From Candidatus Eiseniibacteriota bacterium (GTDB lineage: Bacteria > Eisenbacteria > RBG-16-71-46 > CAVPCR01), in assembly GCA_963823555.1 (NCBI GenBank), contig CAWGMA010000003.1, forward strand, positions 227,614 to 291,613: DNA of 64,000 nucleotides. Reading direction: 5' to 3'. Both the position numbers and the translations under genes were made by a program. The notes beneath the pieces are model-generated. The model saw nothing but the letters and a program-made list of their open reading frames with translations, did not search any database and was not told where the DNA came from. This document shows, one piece after another, positions 58,121 through 64,000 of this stretch. Every line of letters starts with the position of its first letter. The first letter of the stretch is position 1.

Positions 58121-58149
58121 TTGACGCCGGACCACGATTCAGCTATACT
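58121..58149 (+). promoter_or_regulatory. near-consensus sigma70 promoter
   Basis: TTGACG (58121-58126), exactly 17 nt of spacer, then TATACT (58144-58149). It lies about 290 nt upstream of the protease ATG. Confidence 0.45.
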
Positions 58150-58442
58150 ACAGTTGTCGGATCGCCTTCACGGACAACGTGTTGCGGCACCGAAGCCTCC
58201 CTGATCCAGCCGGTCGCGCCATCAGCGGTGGTTAACCTGTCTCCGGCAATCTTCGGTTCTCCTGGACCCGGTGTCACTCGCTTCGGGCGAGTGACCCATG
58301 CCGGCCACCCGGCGCCAGCGGTGGAGCTCATTCCCGAAGGCAAGTGGCGGCCCAGTGCAATCGCCGGCCCGTTGCCTTCGCCCTGCGTGTGCATCATGGA
58401 CGAGCCCGCGCCCGAGAGCGGACTCGACAAAGAGGAGCAGTG

Positions 58443-61376
58443 ATGGCCATGAAGCGATTGGGATTCCTCCTCGCCATCGGATGTCTCATGGTCGGTGCCG
58501 GTCAGGCGCTGGCCATCGTCCAGAGCGAGGACGCTCACGTCTTCGACATCGCCCTCCCGGAGACCCCGCCCATCGTCGATCCGGCGGGTATTCCGGGAGC
58601 CACGGCGACCATCGACGAGATGACCGCCCGCTACGGCGGCACCTGGCAGGTCGCACTCTGGGATCCGCTCTCGCGCTCTCCCGAGCTGGTGCTCGGCTCG
58701 GGCGTCGAGCTCGCGCCGGCGGGACTTCTCGCCGACACCGAGGCTGCGGAGACCGCCGACCGATTCGTCGCCGGCAATGCCGATCTGCTCGGCGCGGACG
58801 CTTCCGACCTGATGGTGGAAAACGTCGTGCGTGGGGCCGGCAAGGTGGCGGTGCACTACGGGCAGCGCTATCACGGAATCCCGGTCATCGGCGGGCGCGT
58901 GCGCACGGTCTTCACCGAGACCGGGCGTCTCTTCGTCTTCGGCTCGAGCTTCCATCGTGGGATCGATGTGAACCCGGCGCCGGCAATCCAGGGCCAGGAG
59001 GCCGAGGGCATCGCGCGCGCGGCGTTGCCCTTCAACCCGGCGACCGACCGCGTGCTCTCCGCGCCCGAGCTCCTCGTCCTGCCGGTTCCCGGCGGCGAGA
59101 GCGGGGTCGAGTACCACCTCGTGTGGCGGATGACGGTGGCGACGGCCGAGCCCTACGGGGCCTGGGTGTCCCATGTCGACGCCCACTCGGGTCAGATCAT
59201 CTGGCGCTACAACGACGTCCACAATGCCTACTCCGGGACGGTGACCGGAGTGGTCGACGAGGGCAGCGGCTACTGCGCGGGCCCGGCTCCCGACCCGTGG
59301 CCGCTCAGCGAAATGACGGTGACCGTGACCGGGGCCGGGACCGCGACCACCGATATCAACGGTGATTTCTCGATCGCCGGTACCGGCGGCAATCGCGCCG
59401 TGACCTGCCAGTTCGACGGCACCAACCTCAACGTCAACGACGTTCAGTTCGGGGATGCCGTCTTCAACGGGACGATCCAGGAGGACGTGCCGCTCGCGAT
59501 CAACTTCACGGATGCCACGCCGTCGCGGCGCGCCGAGCGCGATTGCTTCTACTGGATCAACGCCACCAACCGCTTCATCACCGGCATCGATCCCACCTGG
59601 AGCATTCCCAAGCACAATGCCAACGTCAACGTCAACTCGAGCTGCAACGCCAACTGGACGACGTGGACGATGAACTTCTTCCGCGAGGGCGGCGGTTGCG
59701 CCAACACCGGCATCATCAACGATGTCATGGCGCACGAGTACGGTCACGGCATCCAGTACACGCTCCTCGGCGGCCAGGGTGGAGAGGGCCTCGGCGAGGG
59801 CAACTCGGACATCTCGGGCAGCCTCATGATCGACGACTCGGTCATCGGTCGTGGCTTCTACCTGAACAACTGCACGAGCGGGATCCGCGATTGCGAGAAC
59901 ACGCTGCGCTACCCCGGAGACGTGGTCGGTCAGCCCATCCACTCGGCCGGGCGCGTGATCTGCGGGTTCAACTGGGATTCGCGGCAGGCGCTCGAGCTGT
60001 CGCTCGGTCCGGAGCAGGGCAAGGCGACCATCGCCGATCTCTGGCACTTCAGCCGCAAGGTCCTCCGTCCCCAGACCCAGCCGGATCAGGTGCTCGCCTA
60101 CTTCATCACCGATGACGACGACGGCAACGTGAACAACGGCACCCCGCACTACGATGAGCTGTGCGAGGGGGCGATGAACCACGGCTTCTCCTGCCCGGAG
60201 ATCCTCATCGTCCAGGTCCAGCACACGCCGCCGCACTCGACGACCGACCACGTGAACGCCTTCACCATCGAGGCCAACGTCGTGGCCTACCAGGGTGCGA
60301 TCGAGGACGTGCGGCTCTTCTACCGGATCGACGGCGGGGCGTTCACCGAGGAGCCGATGACGAGCTCCGGCCCGGACACGTACTCGGCAGAGATCCCGCC
60401 GCAGGCGCAGGACGCCTCGGTCGAGTACTACATCTACAGCCGGAACGACGAGGGCTTCGAGCGGACCTCGCCGCCCGATGCCCCGAACACGTTGCACCAG
60501 TTCTTCGTGGCGACGGTCGTCGACGAGCTCGAGATCAACTCCGGCTGGACCGTCGGCGCCCCGGGCGACAACGCCACGACCGGGATCTGGGTGCGCGTGG
60601 ATCCCAACGGCACCGCCGCGCAGCCGGAGGATGACTACACGCCGGCGCCGGGCGTCAACTGCTTCGTCACCGGCCAGGGCACACCGGGCGGCGCGATCGG
60701 CGAGAATGACGTGGACGGCGGGACGACCTCGCTCCTGACGCCGGTCTACGATCTCTCGCAGGCGACCCAGAACTGCAAGGTGGCGTACTACCGCTGGTAC
60801 TCGAACAACCGCGGCAGCTCGCCCAACGCCGACAACTGGGTGGTCGATGTCTCGAACGACGGCGGTGTCAACTGGACGAGCGTCGAGAACATCAATCCGC
60901 CGGACACCCAGCAGAACACCTGGGTGCCGATCGTGGTCGACATCGTGGCCCTCTTCGGGACTCCCGACCAGGTCCAGCTCCGCTTCAGGGCGAGCGACCT
61001 CGGTACGGGGTCGATCGTCGAGGCGGCGGTGGACGATCTCGTGATCCTCACCAACCAGGCCTCGGCGGCGGTTTCGGAGCCGGCGGCGGCGGTTCCCGCC
61101 CGCTTTGCGGTCGGGCCGAACCAGCCCAACCCCTTCAACCCGTCGACGACCATCAGCTACTCGCTGCCGGAGCGGAGCGAGGTCGCGGTCACGGTCTTCG
61201 ATGTCTCCGGGCGCCAGGTGCGTACGCTCGTGCGCGCGGTCCAGGAGGCGGGCGAGAAGTCGGTCACCTGGAACGGCCTCGATGACGGCGGCCAGAGCGT
61301 GTCGTCCGGGGTCTACTACTACCGCGTCGAGGCGGCCGGTCAGGCGGCGACGCGGAAGATGGTGCTCGTGAAGTAG
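58443..61376 (+). CDS. secreted thermolysin-clan (M4/M36-like) zinc metalloprotease with propeptide and C-terminal sorting domain
   Basis: Trimmed to MAMKRLGFLLAIGCLMVGAGQALA after AGAGGAG. The zinc site is HEYGH followed 17 residues later by EGNSD (HExxH...ExxSD gluzincin spacing). An FTP/PepSY-like N-terminal region is present. The terminal domain is NQPNPFNPSTTISYSL...SGVYYYRVEAAG. Confidence 0.75.
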   Translation: MAMKRLGFLLAIGCLMVGAGQALAIVQSEDAHVFDIALPETPPIVDPAGIPGATATIDEMTARYGGTWQVALWDPLSRSPELVLGSGVELAPAGLLADTEAAETADRFVAGNADLLGADASDLMVENVVRGAGKVAVHYGQRYHGIPVIGGRVRTVFTETGRLFVFGSSFHRGIDVNPAPAIQGQEAEGIARAALPFNPATDRVLSAPELLVLPVPGGESGVEYHLVWRMTVATAEPYGAWVSHVDAHSGQIIWRYNDVHNAYSGTVTGVVDEGSGYCAGPAPDPWPLSEMTVTVTGAGTATTDINGDFSIAGTGGNRAVTCQFDGTNLNVNDVQFGDAVFNGTIQEDVPLAINFTDATPSRRAERDCFYWINATNRFITGIDPTWSIPKHNANVNVNSSCNANWTTWTMNFFREGGGCANTGIINDVMAHEYGHGIQYTLLGGQGGEGLGEGNSDISGSLMIDDSVIGRGFYLNNCTSGIRDCENTLRYPGDVVGQPIHSAGRVICGFNWDSRQALELSLGPEQGKATIADLWHFSRKVLRPQTQPDQVLAYFITDDDDGNVNNGTPHYDELCEGAMNHGFSCPEILIVQVQHTPPHSTTDHVNAFTIEANVVAYQGAIEDVRLFYRIDGGAFTEEPMTSSGPDTYSAEIPPQAQDASVEYYIYSRNDEGFERTSPPDAPNTLHQFFVATVVDELEINSGWTVGAPGDNATTGIWVRVDPNGTAAQPEDDYTPAPGVNCFVTGQGTPGGAIGENDVDGGTTSLLTPVYDLSQATQNCKVAYYRWYSNNRGSSPNADNWVVDVSNDGGVNWTSVENINPPDTQQNTWVPIVVDIVALFGTPDQVQLRFRASDLGTGSIVEAAVDDLVILTNQASAAVSEPAAAVPARFAVGPNQPNPFNPSTTISYSLPERSEVAVTVFDVSGRQVRTLVRAVQEAGEKSVTWNGLDDGGQSVSSGVYYYRVEAAGQAATRKMVLVK

Positions 61377-61423
61377 CAACGGCCGGAAGGTGCGCCGGTC
61401 GGCCGGCGCGTCCGGCAAACCGT

Positions 61424-61470
61424 GGCGGGGCGGTGCGGGCGAGTCCCGCGCCGCCCCGCCGTCACTTTGC
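61424..61470 (+). terminator. rho-independent terminator candidate
   Basis: A 16-bp stem GGCGGGGCGGTGCGGG / CCCGCGCCGCCCCGCC with loop CGAGT is followed by GTCACTTTGCCTGCTTG. It lies 48 nt after the protease stop. Confidence 0.55.
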
Positions 61471-61527
61471 CTGCTTGCCGCCGGGAGCTCGCGGCGGCAC
61501 AATGCCGGGCCGGGGGAGGGTGGTGAT

Positions 61528-61797
61528 ATGTCAAGCCAGCTCTATCAGGTGCGCAATCTCTACAGCGATCAGCGATTCAACGGCTTCGTCCTCAAGGCCG
61601 GCAAGAAGGCTCGAGTCCGCGTCGAGGTCGGTCCGATCGAGAACGGCAAGTACCGCGGCCAGGCGCTCCTGCTCGATGCCGGTGGGCGAGTGGTGGCCGA
61701 AGCCGAAGGCGATCATCCCGACGCGGCCTTCGATGCCGTTGTGGTCCGGCTCTACGACACGCATTTCAACTTCGTGGCGCGGATCGACGGCGCCTAG
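61528..61797 (+). CDS. hypothetical 89-aa protein
   Basis: The ATG lies 8 nt after GGGGGAGGG. Third codon positions are mostly G/C, like neighbouring genes. No family was recognised. Confidence 0.5.
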   Translation: MSSQLYQVRNLYSDQRFNGFVLKAGKKARVRVEVGPIENGKYRGQALLLDAGGRVVAEAEGDHPDAAFDAVVVRLYDTHFNFVARIDGA

Positions 61798-61835
61798 AAC
61801 CGTTCCAGTCGCCTTGACCGTTGACGGGCCGAGCT

Positions 61836-61864
61836 TTGCCCCGGCGCGCCGTCAATGGTAGAAT
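61836..61864 (+). promoter_or_regulatory. sigma70-like promoter candidate with flanking inverted repeat
   Basis: TTGCCC (61836-61841), 17 nt of spacer, then TAGAAT (61859-61864). The inverted repeat CCGTTGACGG (61818-61827) / CCGTCAATGG (61849-61858) brackets the -35. Confidence 0.4.
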
Positions 61865-61968
61865 AATGCCCAGTCACTGGCTGTCTCCCCCGTTCCCGCC
61901 GGTGTCCCGCCCCCGCTAGGTCCCGGCACGGGGTGAATTCCCCCGGGAGCGGCACCCTGAAGCTGATC

Positions 61969-64000
61969 ATGTCCATCCCACTTCGAGATTCCCGCCTGGA
62001 CCCGCCGCCTGCGCGTCTCCGCGGTGCCCGGTCCTGGAAGCGGTCCAGGGCGGCCGTCCTCCTCGCGATCGGCCTCGTGGCGCTCGCCTGCTCCTCGACG
62101 GTCGAGCCGCCCGAGCTACCGGCCGACTCCACCCCGCCCACGGTCGTGCAGACCACTCCGATCGCCGGTGCCGCCGATATCGATACCGCCGCTACGATCA
62201 TCGTTGTCTTCAGCGAGGCGATGAATCCGTCCACCGTGCGGCCAGGATCGACGTTTCACGTCTCCACGCAGTCCATTGCCATATCAGGCACGGTGGTCGG
62301 CGACACGGATCAGCAACGGTTCGTCTTCATTCCCGACCATGCACTCCCGGGCGATCGCCAGGTCGATGTCATGGTTCGCGACGTCGCCTCAGCTGGCGGT
62401 GGCTGGCTCGAGGATCCCTTTGCGTTCTCGTTCCAGACCGGTGGCGAGAGTCCGGTACCGCCGCGTGTGCCCTCGAGTCCGTATCCCACCGACGGTGCCA
62501 ATGCGGTCCCGGTTGATACGATGTTCACGTGGACCGGTGGATCGGATGGCGGCGAACAGGTGGTCTACGACTTCTGGCTCGGGACCGACGTCGAGAGCTT
62601 GGATCAGATCGCGACGGATCTCGCGGTATCCGAGTACGCCCCTGGTGCCCTCGCCCACGCCACGGCCTACGTCTGGAGGGTGGTGGCCCGATCGGCCGGC
62701 GGCAGCGCCGAAGGCCCGCCCTGGCGTTTCACCACGGTGCCGTTCACACCGGAGAACTCGCCGCCGGATACGCCGTGCAGCCCCTATCCCGCCGATCAGG
62801 CGCCGTCGGTGGCGGACACGACGCGCCTCGCATGGGGCTGCGCCACCGATCCGGACGAGGATGAGCTCAGTTTCGAGGTCTATCTCGGCACCACCACGAA
62901 TCCACCGCTCATGGCCACGGTGTCGTCCCCGCTCCACGTCCCGGCGACACCGCTCGATCTCGAAACCCGCTACTACTGGCGGATCGTCGCCGATGATGGG
63001 CGCGGTGGCCGGACCGCCAGTCCCTTGTGGAGCTTCACGACCGCCGCACCGGGGAACCAGCCCCCCAGCGCGCCGTGCAACCAGTATCCCCCCCAGCTGG
63101 CGACGGGGGTCGCGGATACGACGCGCCTGGTCTGGGGCTGCGGCACGGATCCCGACGGGGACACGGTCGTCTTCGAGGTCTATCTCGGCACTACCCAGAA
63201 CCCTCCGCTCGCCGCCACCGTGGCCGCGCCACCCTACGCTCCGCCGGCGCCCCTGGCGCGCGAGACGCGCTACTACTGGAAGATCGTCGCCGATGATGGA
63301 CGGGGTGGCCGTACCGCGGGGCCCTTGTGGTGGTTCACCACCGAGCTACCCGAGAACCAGCCGCCCTCGGCCCCTGCTCCACCGATCAACCCGGCCGACG
63401 GCGCCACCATCGACAGCCTGGCCGTCACGCTCACCTGGTCCGGAGGGATCGATCCGGAACTGGATCCCGTGACCTTCGCGGTGCGCTTCGGCACGCAGAC
63501 GCCGCCCCCCTTCTTCGCCGAGGTCTCGACCCGGTCCTTGCGCCTGGCCGACCTGGAATCGGATACGGACTACTACTGGCAGGTGGAGGCTGCGGACGAT
63601 CACGGTCACACGGTGCCGGGGCCGATCTGGCAGTTCCGGACCGCGGAGCCGCCGAACACGCCGCCGAGCGTACCCACCGCTCCCGATCCGCCGCACAACG
63701 CGAAGGAAGTCCTCATCGATGCCACTCTCACCTGGAGCGGCGGTGACGATGTCGAAGGGGACGCCGTCGAGTTCGTGGTCTTCCTCGAGCGTGGCGATGC
63801 CACCGATCCGGACTCGGTGGCCACCGTGACGGAAAAGGCCTACTCGCCGGTGCTCGAGGAGGGCGCCGATTACTTCTGGCGGATCGAGGCCCGTGATGAG
63901 CGTGGTGCGGCGACCTCGGGGCCGATCTGGCAGTTCACCACCAACTACCCGCCGGACGAACCCTGCAACCCGAACCCGGACGACGGCGAAACCGATGTCG
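61969..64000 (+). CDS. probable lipoprotein with Big_5/SbsA-type Ig domain followed by tandem 100-aa FN3-like modules (3' end runs off the window)
   Basis: Not in the ORF track because it is open at the window edge. I translated it by hand and found no stop from 61969 to 64000. It begins MSIPLRDSRL...AAVLLAIGLVALACSS. The Big_5-like part reads DSTPPTVVQTTPIAGAADIDTAATIIVVFSEAMNPSTV. Modules then start at 62761, 63061, 63361 and 63661 (300-nt period), each ending in YYW.(V/I).A.D..G....GP.W.F.T. Confidence 0.7.
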   Translation, partial: MSIPLRDSRLDPPPARLRGARSWKRSRAAVLLAIGLVALACSSTVEPPELPADSTPPTVVQTTPIAGAADIDTAATIIVVFSEAMNPSTVRPGSTFHVSTQSIAISGTVVGDTDQQRFVFIPDHALPGDRQVDVMVRDVASAGGGWLEDPFAFSFQTGGESPVPPRVPSSPYPTDGANAVPVDTMFTWTGGSDGGEQVVYDFWLGTDVESLDQIATDLAVSEYAPGALAHATAYVWRVVARSAGGSAEGPPWRFTTVPFTPENSPPDTPCSPYPADQAPSVADTTRLAWGCATDPDEDELSFEVYLGTTTNPPLMATVSSPLHVPATPLDLETRYYWRIVADDGRGGRTASPLWSFTTAAPGNQPPSAPCNQYPPQLATGVADTTRLVWGCGTDPDGDTVVFEVYLGTTQNPPLAATVAAPPYAPPAPLARETRYYWKIVADDGRGGRTAGPLWWFTTELPENQPPSAPAPPINPADGATIDSLAVTLTWSGGIDPELDPVTFAVRFGTQTPPPFFAEVSTRSLRLADLESDTDYYWQVEAADDHGHTVPGPIWQFRTAEPPNTPPSVPTAPDPPHNAKEVLIDATLTWSGGDDVEGDAVEFVVFLERGDATDPDSVATVTEKAYSPVLEEGADYFWRIEARDERGAATSGPIWQFTTNYPPDEPCNPNPDDGETDV
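62455..64000 (+). repeat. tandem 300-bp coding repeats (FN3-like modules)
   Basis: Units at 62761 and 63061 are closely similar at the DNA level (GCGGA(C/T)ACGACGCGCCT..., TTCGAGGTCTATCTCGGCAC..., CGCTACTACTGG(C/A)(G/A)GATCGTCGCCGATGATGG). Confidence 0.7.

Noticed and set aside
58150-58442. Assignment of the protease leader to c-di-GMP-I or cobalamin riboswitch classes
   Set aside because: A by-eye comparison with the conserved cores (GGACGCAAAGCC / B12 box) gave only scattered partial matches. It is left as an unclassified structured leader pending a covariance-model search.
57979-58443. 154-codon ORF ending exactly at the protease ATG
   Set aside because: About half of its codons end in A or T, whereas recognised genes here end almost exclusively in G or C. 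It spans a hairpin and a near-consensus promoter. I interpret it as non-coding leader.
56245-61502. 614-aa (56245..58089) and 1119-aa (58143..61502) minus-strand ORFs
   Set aside because: They lie antisense to LEA_2, hflX and the metalloprotease gene. They have no motifs and an R/D/G/H-rich composition. The plus-strand genes carry G-domain and HExxH signatures.
62276-63472. 398-aa P/R/S-rich plus-strand ORF
   Set aside because: It is an off-frame overlap of the FN3-repeat lipoprotein gene. The correct frame (ATG 61969) gives repeated, well-formed domain modules.
1-64000. Mobile elements, prophage, toxin-antitoxin or known defence islands
   Set aside because: I recognised no transposase, integrase, recombinase, phage structural or restriction-modification signatures and saw no flanking direct or inverted terminal repeats. 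The GNAT plus AAA_28 pair lacks the small antitoxin-like partner expected for GNAT toxin modules.

Overview
This is a very GC-rich (not computed), densely coding bacterial chromosomal segment. I recognised no rRNA, tRNA, CRISPR array, transposase, integrase or phage gene. I support about 45 protein genes, mostly housekeeping or cell-envelope. They include a YitJ-type Hcy-methyltransferase/MTHFR fusion, an AbfD/HpaB-family enzyme, a GldA/F/G-like ABC system with DUF4340, M1, M16 and thermolysin-like peptidases, the ArsS radical-SAM pair, CbiA, a Uup-type ABC-F protein, a glucosyl/mannosyl-glycerate type cluster, a Kef antiporter, an orphan DUF692 enzyme, a UvrD-Cas4-like helicase-nuclease, NatAB-like ABC genes and HflX. 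The most unusual part is 17.3-28.0 kb. It is a four-gene, stop/start-overlapping cassette: a TPR/CsgG-like lipoprotein, a putative outer-membrane beta-barrel, a cohesin-like lipoprotein, and a ~2,388-aa surface protein. That protein has 13 near-identical 252-bp PKD repeats, 10 Ig-like repeats, a dockerin-like segment, a second cohesin-like module and a FlgD-Ig/T9SS-type C-terminal sorting domain. The same C-terminal domain ends three other secreted hydrolases in the window. Three genes are frame-disrupted: a BNR/sialidase-like gene with at least 8 shifts, the giant gene with a single missing base relative to its own paralogous repeat, and an M19 dipeptidase. These are either real pseudogenisation or assembly indels. 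Several intergenic regions carry sigma70-like promoters (TTGACx-N17/18-TAnAnT), strong hairpins and one long structured leader. Many very long antisense shadow ORFs in the track are rejected. The lineage (possibly an uncultivated FCB-group-like bacterium) is only a guess.
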